Assembly (NCBI RefSeq): GCF_014280175.1
Contig: NZ_CP047931.1
Location: 1,920,001-1,952,000, forward strand
DNA length: 32,000 nucleotides
Reading direction: 5' to 3'
From: Synechococcus sp. A15-28
GTDB lineage: Bacteria > Cyanobacteriota > Cyanobacteriia > PCC-6307 > Cyanobiaceae
The notes beneath the pieces were generated by a model. The model did not search any database, was not told where the DNA came from, and was given only the letters and a program-made list of their open reading frames with translations. The position numbers and the translations under genes were made by a program. This document shows, piece after piece, positions 1-7,343 of the stretch; positions within the stretch are counted from its first letter, which is position 1; the number at the start of each line of letters is the position of its first letter.

Positions 1-596
1 GCTGGCGCATCCGCATCAGCGTTGATGGAGACAGCTTTCTGACGGACCACCAAGAAGCGATTTGGCTGAAAGGGAGCGGCAGCCAGGGCACCACTCTCCA
101 GGTGGAGTTGCTGAATGGTCAGGGCGAACCCCTGCAGCCCGTCTTCAACAATCGTCTGGTTCGGTTGGAGGACGGCAGTCGTCACCGGCCCGTCTGGCTG
201 AAGCCCCGCCTGAATGAGGATGAACTGGAGCGCCTAAGCGGAAGTCCCCAGCAGGAGCGAGTCAAACCTGAACCCTCATCGGATGACAGTCCCGAACTGA
301 ACGAAGAAGCCGAACTTGAACCTGAACAAAAGGCAGAGGAAGAAAAAACAGACGTCACTCCTGAGCAAGTCGACACCTCAAGCCAGAATTTCAAATCTGA
401 CCTTGAGCCGGCAACCGTTGAAGAGGCCGACCCAGACCCCGTGATCGCCCCGAGCCAGGAGCCATCGCTGGCCTTGGAGCCCGAACCGGAACCCGTTCCG
501 ATGCACCAATCGGAACCTCTGCTGCGCCCGGAATCCAGCCTGGGAGGATCAGCCCGGGAGCTGCTGAATCCGGATGGACGTCTCAAGCAGCCCTGA
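1..596 (+). CDS. C-terminal part of a hypothetical protein with a Pro/Glu-rich acidic tail; 5' end outside window
   Basis: The reading frame is open from position 3 (WRIRISVDGDSFLTDHQEAIWLKGSGSQGTTLQVELLNGQ...), upstream of the 102 start in the ORF track, and stops at 594-596. Confidence 0.6.
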   Translation, partial: WRIRISVDGDSFLTDHQEAIWLKGSGSQGTTLQVELLNGQGEPLQPVFNNRLVRLEDGSRHRPVWLKPRLNEDELERLSGSPQQERVKPEPSSDDSPELNEEAELEPEQKAEEEKTDVTPEQVDTSSQNFKSDLEPATVEEADPDPVIAPSQEPSLALEPEPEPVPMHQSEPLLRPESSLGGSARELLNPDGRLKQP

Positions 597-703
597 GCCA
601 CTCCCTGCCAGCGCCCGCCCTGACTTCGCCCAAACCACAGACGCATCACTCCGGCATCGGCATCGGCCTGTCCGCCGCCAGCCAACCGCTGCTGGATCGC
701 CTG

Positions 704-2407
704 TTGCAAAGCGGTGAGATCCATAAGTCCTTCCGCGCGGATGGGGCGATCAAAGAGACACTCATCGATCACTGGCGGGAGGGAGAAACCCTCTTGTTCA
801 TTGGCGCGGTCGGGGCCGTGACCCGGCTGATCGCCCCTCTGCTTCAAGGCAAGGAGCAGGATCCAGCCGTTCTTGTCCTCGATCCGAAGGGGCAGTGGGT
901 CATCCCGTTGCTCGGGGGCCACAGCAGCGGCGCCGAGCAACGGGCGCGGGAACTGGCGCAGATGCTGCAGGCCAGCGCCGTACTCACCGGAGCCTGTGCC
1001 ACGGAGCAACGCCTGGCGTTGGATGCCTTCGGTGAGGGCTGGGGCTGGCGGCGTGGTGGCAGCAGCGCTGCCTGGCGGGAGTTGATGCAGAGGCAGGCCT
1101 GCGCAGAGCGATCGACCGTCTCCCAGACCTGTGGCGCCGTCGATTGGCAGCAGCAACACCCATGGCTGGACAGCGCGGCCAGTGCCGCGGACGCGCAGCT
1201 GAGTATCGGCGCCGACAACCTGGCCCCCTGCCGCTGGCATCCCACCAGCCTCTGGCTGGGGGTGGGCTGTGAACGCGACACCAGCCTGGAGCTGGTGCAA
1301 CGGGCGATCAGAGACGTCCTGGATCAGGGGGGACTGGCGGAGGATGCTGTAGCCGGCCTGGCCAGCATCGATCGCAAAGCGGATGAGCCAGCTCTACTGG
1401 CGTTGATCCAGCAACAGCAATGGTGCTTCCGCACCTACGGCGCAACGGATCTGGCATCGGTCACTGTGCCCACCCCATCCGAGGTGGTGCGCGCCGAGAT
1501 GGGAACCGCCTCGGTGGCGGAGGCGGCAGCCCTGCTGGCTGCTGGAGAGGGAGCTGCCCTGCGGCAAAGCAAGGTGATTCGACATGCCGGCCCCGGTGAA
1601 AAGGGTGCAGTCACCGTGGCGGTGGCGGAAGCACGCCTCCCCTTCGCCCCGTCGCGGGGTGAACTGCATCTGATCGGCAGTGGCCCTGGGGATCCGTCCC
1701 TGCTCAGTGGTGATGCCCGCCAGGCCCTCGCCCGCTGCACGGCCTGGGTGGGCTACGGGCTCTATCTCGATCTCCTCGAACCCCTGCGACAGGTGCATCA
1801 GGTACGGCTGGACGGCCAGCTCACCCGCGAATGGGACCGCTGTGCCAAGGCGCTGAGCCTGGCGCAGCAGGGGGCACGGGTCGCCCTGATCTCATCAGGG
1901 GACAGCGGGATTTACGGCATGGCCGGGCTGGCCCTGGAGTTGTGGCTGCAGCAGCCGGAACAGGACCGGCCGACCTTTCAGGTGCATCCGGGTATCTCCG
2001 CGCTGCAGCTGGCGGCAGCCCGGGCGGGAGCCCCCCTGATGCACGACTTCTGCACGGTGAGCCTCAGTGATCGATTGACCCCCTGGCCCGTGATCGAGCA
2101 ACGGCTGCGGGCAGCGGCTTCAGGTGATTTCGTGGTGGCGCTGTACAACCCGCGGTCCAAGGGCCGCGACTGGCAGCTGGCCAGGGCGCGGGAGCTGTTG
2201 CTCGAGCAACGCGATGGCGACACCCCGGTTCTGCTGGCACGGCAACTGGGCCGCAGCGATGAATCGCAGCAGCTGACGGACCTGAACGGCCTGGAGCCGG
2301 ATCACGTGGACATGCTCACAGTGGTGTTGATCGGCAACAGCAGCAGTTACGCCCGCGATGGGCGGATGGTGACCCCGCGGGGATACCCCGGAGCCACACT
2401 TCAGTGA
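704..2407 (+). CDS. cobJ: Fused cobalamin biosynthesis protein: CbiG-like N-terminal region plus precorrin-3B C17-methyltransferase (CobJ/CbiH)
   Basis: CbiG-like stretches (LLFIGAVGAVTRLIAPLLQGK, PLLGGHSSGAEQRARELA, LWLGVGCERDTS, FRTYGATDLASVTVPTPSEVV) are followed by a tetrapyrrole methylase domain (LHLIGSGPGDPSLLSGDARQAL, VALISSGDSGIYGMAG, DFVVALYNPRSKGRDWQL). The true start is probably upstream of the 704 TTG. Confidence 0.9.
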   Translation: MQSGEIHKSFRADGAIKETLIDHWREGETLLFIGAVGAVTRLIAPLLQGKEQDPAVLVLDPKGQWVIPLLGGHSSGAEQRARELAQMLQASAVLTGACATEQRLALDAFGEGWGWRRGGSSAAWRELMQRQACAERSTVSQTCGAVDWQQQHPWLDSAASAADAQLSIGADNLAPCRWHPTSLWLGVGCERDTSLELVQRAIRDVLDQGGLAEDAVAGLASIDRKADEPALLALIQQQQWCFRTYGATDLASVTVPTPSEVVRAEMGTASVAEAAALLAAGEGAALRQSKVIRHAGPGEKGAVTVAVAEARLPFAPSRGELHLIGSGPGDPSLLSGDARQALARCTAWVGYGLYLDLLEPLRQVHQVRLDGQLTREWDRCAKALSLAQQGARVALISSGDSGIYGMAGLALELWLQQPEQDRPTFQVHPGISALQLAAARAGAPLMHDFCTVSLSDRLTPWPVIEQRLRAAASGDFVVALYNPRSKGRDWQLARARELLLEQRDGDTPVLLARQLGRSDESQQLTDLNGLEPDHVDMLTVVLIGNSSSYARDGRMVTPRGYPGATLQ

Positions 2408-2423
2408 CCGATGGAAGACCCTC

Positions 2424-2560
2424 TGCTAGGGTTTGCATCTGGTTTCAGCGGGGATCAGCCGCTGATGGAAACGGGGAAAGACCGGTGCAAATCCGTCGCT
2501 GTCCCGCAGCTGTGAACGTCCGGCCCCGCCGGCGTCAGTCAGAACGCCCGCCAGGACCAC
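2424..2560 (+). promoter_or_regulatory. Cobalamin (adenosylcobalamin-type) riboswitch
   Basis: Ordered consensus-like segments: GGTTTCAGC...ACGGGGAAAGACCGGTGCAAATCCGTCGCTGTCCCGCAGCTGTGAACG...GTCAGTCAGAACGCCCGCC. It lies directly upstream of a HupE/UreJ-type gene. Confidence 0.93.
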
Positions 2561-2578
2561 CACCGACGAGGATCGACC

Positions 2579-3208
2579 TTGACCAATCTTGTGGCTTCCC
2601 CCAGGCCTCTGCGCCAGGCCGCCGTCTGTTTCTTAGGGCTGTTGTTGATCGCCAGCCCAGCCTTCGCCCACCATCCTTTCGGCATGGGTGACAGCGGCGC
2701 ACTGACCGCCTGGCAGGGACTGCTGAGTGGCCTGGGGCACCCGCTCTTGGGTCCTGACCATCTGCTGTTCCTCTTGGCCCTGGGTTTCGTTGGCTTGCAA
2801 CGTCCTCTGCGCTGGGTGCTGCCACTGCTGGCAGTCGGTCTCGGCGGCAGCGTGCTGTCACAGTTCATCCCCCTGCCCGATGCGGTGGCCCCCTGGGCTG
2901 AAGCCCTCGTCTCCTTCAGCCTGGCGGTGGAAGGCCTGATCGCCCTGAGCATGGCCCAAGCCGCCTGGCTGCTGCCCCTGTTCGGCCTGCATGGCTTCCT
3001 GCTGGGCAGCACCATCGTCGGGGCAGAACCCACCCCTTTGTTCAGCTACTTCCTGGGCCTGCTTGTCGCCCAGGGCAGCCTTTTGCTGCTCATCACCGCC
3101 TTGTCCCAGGGACTGGTGGAACGTCTGGGAGCCCAGGGCCAGCGGCTCGGTGCCGGCATCTGGATCGGCATCGGCATGGCCTTCGCCTGGGTGGCCCTGA
3201 TCGACTGA
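2579..3208 (+). CDS. HupE/UreJ family membrane protein, predicted cobalt (or nickel) transporter
   Basis: HHPFGMGDSGALTAWQGLLSGLGHPLLGPDHLLFLLALG and repeated hydrophobic segments match HupE/UreJ. TTG start with a GAGG at 2568-2571; located downstream of a B12 riboswitch. Confidence 0.85.
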   Translation: MTNLVASPRPLRQAAVCFLGLLLIASPAFAHHPFGMGDSGALTAWQGLLSGLGHPLLGPDHLLFLLALGFVGLQRPLRWVLPLLAVGLGGSVLSQFIPLPDAVAPWAEALVSFSLAVEGLIALSMAQAAWLLPLFGLHGFLLGSTIVGAEPTPLFSYFLGLLVAQGSLLLLITALSQGLVERLGAQGQRLGAGIWIGIGMAFAWVALID

Positions 3209-3216
3209 TCAACGCC

Positions 3217-4734
3217 ATGAGGTCTTGCCTTGCCATCAAGCTCGCCGCGCCCTTGGCCGCTGCGGCGTTGTGGTCGCTGTCCGGTCCGCCCCCGGCCAGG
3301 GCTCAGCTGAGCAACGTCAGTCAATTCACCGACGTAATGCCCACGGATTGGGCTTATCAGGCTCTGGCCAACCTGGTAGAGCAGTACGGCTGTGTGGCCG
3401 GATACCCCAACGGCACCTTCCGTGGCAACCGGGCCATGACCCGCTACGAGGCGGCTGCCCTGCTCAACGCTTGCCTCGATCGGATCACCGAGGTGACCGA
3501 TGAGCTCAAGAAGCTGATTTATGAGTTCGAGAAGGAACTCGCCATCATCCGCGGCAAAGTCGACGGTCTGGAAGCTCGCGTCGGCGAACTGGAAGCCACC
3601 CAGTTCGCAACCACCACCAAACTCAGTGGTCTCGCCACATTTGTGGTCGGGGCGAACCACTTTTCAGGCTCTGACGCTGCCTTGGTCGATCAAAACAACC
3701 AGAGTTTCGGCGCCACCACGTTCAACAACGATCTTCAGCTGATCCTGGAGACCAGCTTCACCGGCAAGGATCAACTCACCACCACGCTGCGGGCCGGCAA
3801 CTTCAGCGGCGAATCACCCTTTGGGGGAGGGGGGCCCAGCAGCCTGGCCATGCTTGGCAATGCATCCCAGGGGGATGGCGGGCCCAACCACCTGTTCATC
3901 GACAAACTCTTCTACAGCTTTCCCGTCGGCGATAGCATCACCGTGACGGTGGGACCGAATGTTGGCCAGGACGACATGCTGCCGATCTGGCCGACCTTCT
4001 ACAACAGTCTACCGATTCTGGATGCCCTCACCCTGAATGGAGGACTGGCCGCCTACAACAAAAACCAGGGTCCCGGTGCAGGAATCTCCTGGGTTCCAGC
4101 AGGTGGATTCCATGTCACGGCCAACTACGTGGCGGCCAACGGAGCCGAGGCCAACAGCGACATCGGCGGCCTGGCCACGGACCATGCCGGCGGCACGGGA
4201 ACCGTTCAGCTGGGCTGGGAAGCGGATGGCTGGGCGATTGCCGGCATCTACTCCAAGATCCAAAACGGCAACGATCTGATCGCCTACGCCACCCCATTCA
4301 CCCAGGACCAGTTGGGGCAAGCGGGCGACACCCACGCCTTCGGATTGAGCGGGGCGTGGCAGCCGACGGAAACGCATTGGATCCCCTCCATATCGGTTGG
4401 ATGGGGCATCAACAACAGCGACAGCCAGCGAAAAGGTCAGGTCACCACCAGCCAGTCCTGGAGTGTTGGGCTGACCTGGGATGACGCATTCGCCGAGGGC
4501 AACAGCGCCGGCATGGCCGTGGGCCAGCCGGTATTCGCTACCGCATTACGGGGAGGAGACACCCCGAACGATGGCAATTACCTGTGGGAATGGTGGTATC
4601 AGTTCCAGATCAGCGATGCCATCAGCGTGACCCCGGCGTTGATCTATTTCTCGCGCCCGATGGGGCAAAACACCCCTTCGGGCCAGTCCTTCAGCCAGCT
4701 GGGTGGTCTTGTGATGACCACCTTCAGCTTCTGA
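3217..4734 (+). CDS. Cyanobacterial outer-membrane porin with SLH domain (iron uptake porin / SomA-like, OprB-type barrel)
   Basis: Signal peptide ending in ARAQ, SLH domain (FTDVMPTDWAYQALANLVEQYGCVAGYPNGTFRGNRAMTRYEAAALLNACLD), coiled-coil linker, then a barrel region ending in TTFSF with a terminal Phe. Confidence 0.9.
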   Translation: MRSCLAIKLAAPLAAAALWSLSGPPPARAQLSNVSQFTDVMPTDWAYQALANLVEQYGCVAGYPNGTFRGNRAMTRYEAAALLNACLDRITEVTDELKKLIYEFEKELAIIRGKVDGLEARVGELEATQFATTTKLSGLATFVVGANHFSGSDAALVDQNNQSFGATTFNNDLQLILETSFTGKDQLTTTLRAGNFSGESPFGGGGPSSLAMLGNASQGDGGPNHLFIDKLFYSFPVGDSITVTVGPNVGQDDMLPIWPTFYNSLPILDALTLNGGLAAYNKNQGPGAGISWVPAGGFHVTANYVAANGAEANSDIGGLATDHAGGTGTVQLGWEADGWAIAGIYSKIQNGNDLIAYATPFTQDQLGQAGDTHAFGLSGAWQPTETHWIPSISVGWGINNSDSQRKGQVTTSQSWSVGLTWDDAFAEGNSAGMAVGQPVFATALRGGDTPNDGNYLWEWWYQFQISDAISVTPALIYFSRPMGQNTPSGQSFSQLGGLVMTTFSF

Positions 4735-4740
4735 GGCCCA

Positions 4741-5048
4741 CTAACCCTGGGCCGAAGCGATTTTCGCCTCAGCGGAGACGAATTCCTCATCGCATAGAGC
4801 AGGAATGACCTCCACGGTGATTCCAAAAGCTTTGGTCCAGGGGCCGGTGAACTGATACACGTGCCACATGCTGTGGGCTTCGACAATCTGGCAGCCACCG
4901 CCTTCCTGAGGGAAAAACACTCCTCGAGAATCTTGAAGCCCTCGAACTCATCCATGGGGGTTCCGTTGTTGATGTAATCGACAACGGCCTTGGTGTATTC
5001 AGGGTCCATGCCAGCGTTGGGCGTAGACCAGTTGATGACAAAGCGCAT
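4741..5048 (-). pseudogene. Small conserved-type protein (DUF3303-like) interrupted by a -1 nt frameshift
   Basis: The minus strand begins MRFVINWSTPNAGMDPEYTKAVVDYINNGTPMDEFEGFKILE and continues in another frame as GVFFPQEGGGCQIVEAHSMWHVYQFTGPWTKAFGITVEVIPALCDEEFVSAEAKIASAQG*. Adding one G (GAGGAG to GAGGGAG) restores a single ORF. The family name is from memory. Confidence 0.7.
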
Positions 5049-5090
5049 GGCGTAGGCGGCTCAAGGCCTGCAACCATGCTCCATTCGCAA

Positions 5091-5108
5091 GAGATCACAG
5101 GTGATCTC
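5091..5108. promoter_or_regulatory. Perfect dyad GAGATCAC-AG-GTGATCTC, candidate operator
   Basis: 8-bp arms with a 2-nt spacer, between the divergently oriented 5048(-) and 5141(+) starts. Confidence 0.35.
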
Positions 5109-5140
5109 AAACACAGCCATGACACTGTCCCTGCGATCCC

Positions 5141-5749
5141 ATGCGAGATGAGTTATCGGATCTCTTGGGCCAACCCGTGGTGCTGGCGGGACGGTTGAAC
5201 CGCTGCGAGCCCAATGCCATCGGCAGTCTGAACGTTTGCCTCAAAGCGGTGGATGTTTATCCATGGCGAACCGATGTCGCCATCAGTGCCCTAACACCGG
5301 TGCGCATCGACCACGGCTGGCTGCAGATGTCCAACCTGGAACATGCACTGGGGGGCCCTGTGGAGATGTACTGGATGACCGCCGAGGTCACCAACTATCA
5401 ACGTCGCAATGGCAGTCGAGACATTGGTTTTCGCCATCGACCATCACTGTGCATCGATCATCTACTCAACACAATTCTCGGCACCCCTACAAATAGCCAA
5501 CAACATGCGGCCATTGTGAATGCGCTCAACAGAATTCAAAACAGCAATCATCTATTTGGCTTCCATTACAACCCAGTTCATATTCAAGAAATACTGGAAA
5601 TCGCTCTCAAAAATCCCAGTGGTATCGAAGAGGACAGTTTAAAAACGTTTCTCCAAGCACAGGTCGCCGCAATCAAACAATTCGCCAAGACTGATGAGGG
5701 CAAACGAAACCATTCATCAACAGCGCTGGGATTTCATGCCGATGCTTAA
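5141..5749 (+). CDS. Hypothetical protein (202 aa)
   Basis: Uninterrupted ATG ORF in an otherwise unexplained region, with plausible protein composition (LGQPVVLAGRLNRCEPNAIGSLNVCLKAVDVYPWRTDVAISALTPVRIDHGWLQM). No family recognised. Confidence 0.55.
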   Translation: MRDELSDLLGQPVVLAGRLNRCEPNAIGSLNVCLKAVDVYPWRTDVAISALTPVRIDHGWLQMSNLEHALGGPVEMYWMTAEVTNYQRRNGSRDIGFRHRPSLCIDHLLNTILGTPTNSQQHAAIVNALNRIQNSNHLFGFHYNPVHIQEILEIALKNPSGIEEDSLKTFLQAQVAAIKQFAKTDEGKRNHSSTALGFHADA

Positions 5750-5957
5750 GACCAAGCCGACCACAAACACAAAACCACGCTCCCAGAAGAGTGAGTGGGT
5801 CACCAAAACCACTGTGATCACCGTTCTGATCTGCAGCGTGGGAGTTGGCATCTGGATCAACAACACGGCCTGGCGCAATCGCAAATTGCTCTGGCAACTG
5901 CAAGCGGCGGTGCTCGGCGGAGGTGTGGGATTTGTCGTCGGTCGGTTCAGCCGTTAA
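5736..5957 (+). CDS. Small hypothetical membrane protein
   Basis: [71 protein letters not shown] follows an initial MP. Two hydrophobic segments; overlaps the end of the previous ORF by 14 nt. Internal ATG chosen rather than 5694. Confidence 0.45.
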   Translation: MPMLKTKPTTNTKPRSQKSEWVTKTTVITVLICSVGVGIWINNTAWRNRKLLWQLQAAVLGGGVGFVVGRFSR

Positions 5958-5999
5958 CAACTTCAACGCAACCGACCAATGGTTCCTTCAACCAGCCAA

Positions 6000-6073
6000 T
6001 CGGGATGACAGGATTCGAACCTGCGGCCCCTTCGTCCCGAACGAAGTGCGCTACCAAGCTGCGCCACATCCCG
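6000..6073 (-). tRNA. tRNA-Pro (anticodon CGG)
   Basis: Minus strand CGGGATGTGGCGCAGCTTGGTAGCGCACTTCGTTCGGGACGAAGGGGCCGCAGGTTCGAATCCTGTCATCCCGA. Acceptor stem CGGGATG/CATCCCG, anticodon stem CTTCG/CGAAG, loop TTCGGGA, T-loop GGTTCGAATCC. Confidence 0.95.
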
Positions 6074-6172
6074 TTGATCCCAATGTAGAAGACAGGCCGC
6101 CGCCGAACAGCCCCGCGACGAGCACGGATTCACGCCCCATTGTCTAGGGTAATACATTGATCCCGTTCAGCC

Positions 6173-7042
6173 GTGCTCAAGCCCGAGTGGTTGCGCGTCA
6201 AAGCACCGCAGCGGGAGCGCATCGGCGCCGTTGCTGATCTCCTGCTCGACCTCAACCTGAACACGGTCTGCCAGGAAGCCAGCTGCCCCAACATCGGCGA
6301 ATGCTTCGCCGGTGGCACCGCCACCTTTCTGATAATGGGGCCGGGCTGCACCCGCGCCTGCCCCTACTGCGACATCGATTTCGACAAGAGCGTCCGTGCG
6401 CTCGACCCCACGGAACCGGAACGGCTCGGCGAGGCGGTGGCGCGCCTGGGCCTCAAGCATGTGGTGATCACCTCGGTGAACCGCGACGATCTCGCCGACG
6501 GTGGTGCCTCCCAGTTCGTGGCCTGCATCGAACAGGTGAAACAGCGCTCACCGCTCACCACGATCGAGCTGCTGATCCCCGATTTCTGCGGCAACTGGGA
6601 TGCCCTGAATGTGGTGATGGCCGCCGCACCTCACGTGCTGAACCACAACATCGAAACGGTGCCGCGGATGTACCGGCTGGCCCGCCCCCAGGGCATCTAC
6701 GAGCGGTCCCTGGAGCTGCTGCAGCGGGTGCGCCAAGGCTGGCCAAGCGCCTACAGCAAATCCGGCCTGATGGTGGGGCTCAGTGAAACCGACGACGAAG
6801 TGATCGAGGTGCTGCGCGACCTGCGCGCCCATCGGGTGGACATCGTCACCATCGGGCAATACCTCTCCCCCGGCCCCAAGCACCTGGCGGTGGATCGTTT
6901 CGTAACGCCCGAGCAGTTCGACACCTATCGCCGCATCGGTGAAGAGGAGCTGGGCTTTCTCCAGGTGGTGAGCACACCGCTCACCCGCAGCAGCTATCAC
7001 GCCGGTGAGGTGCAGCGGCTCATGGCCAGCCATCCCCGCTGA
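6173..7042 (+). CDS. lipA: Lipoyl synthase
   Basis: [26 protein letters not shown] radical SAM motif, [15 protein letters not shown] and the C-terminal SSYHAGE motif. Confidence 0.96.
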   Translation: MLKPEWLRVKAPQRERIGAVADLLLDLNLNTVCQEASCPNIGECFAGGTATFLIMGPGCTRACPYCDIDFDKSVRALDPTEPERLGEAVARLGLKHVVITSVNRDDLADGGASQFVACIEQVKQRSPLTTIELLIPDFCGNWDALNVVMAAAPHVLNHNIETVPRMYRLARPQGIYERSLELLQRVRQGWPSAYSKSGLMVGLSETDDEVIEVLRDLRAHRVDIVTIGQYLSPGPKHLAVDRFVTPEQFDTYRRIGEEELGFLQVVSTPLTRSSYHAGEVQRLMASHPR

Positions 7043-7328
7043 CAGGGATCCATTCCTGCAACGTCCAGCTCACCAGGCCCGCCTGAATCATCGGGTCCTG
7101 CTGCACCCACTCCAGGGCTTCAGTGAAGGAGGCAGCCTCAAAGATCAACAAGCCTCCGCCACCGGGGCGCCGCTGGGCATCCACCAGAAAACCGCTGCGG
7201 ATGCGCCGACCCGCCTTGGCTTCCTGCTCCACCCAAGCGCGGTGAGCCTCCAGATAAGGCCTCCGCTGTGCGAGAGCTAAGTCGGCTGTTTCAGCCGTGA
7301 ATGTTTCGTGCTTGACGAACCAGGCCAT
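7020..7328 (-). CDS. YciI-like domain protein
   Basis: [14 protein letters not shown]...[79 protein letters not shown] resembles the YciI ferredoxin-like fold with a DP(F/M) motif. Confidence 0.65.
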   Translation of the reverse strand: MAWFVKHETFTAETADLALAQRRPYLEAHRAWVEQEAKAGRRIRSGFLVDAQRRPGGGGLLIFEAASFTEALEWVQQDPMIQAGLVSWTLQEWIPVSGDGWP

Positions 7329-7343
7329 GGAGCGGCGGCCCGT

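Noticed and set aside
182-1300. 372-aa minus-strand ORF opposite the cobJ 5' region
   Set aside because: Low-complexity Gly/Ser/Arg-rich translation opposite a convincing CbiG-CobJ frame.
650-3182. Short CGGCAT-type tandem repeats (about 652-668 and 3162-3180)
   Set aside because: Only two to three units, coding, and in-frame; consistent with Gly-Ile repeats rather than a functional repeat array.
6000-6073. tRNA-Pro as an integration site of a genomic island
   Set aside because: No integrase, flanking partial tRNA copy or mobile gene was seen; the gene simply lies between small ORFs and lipA.
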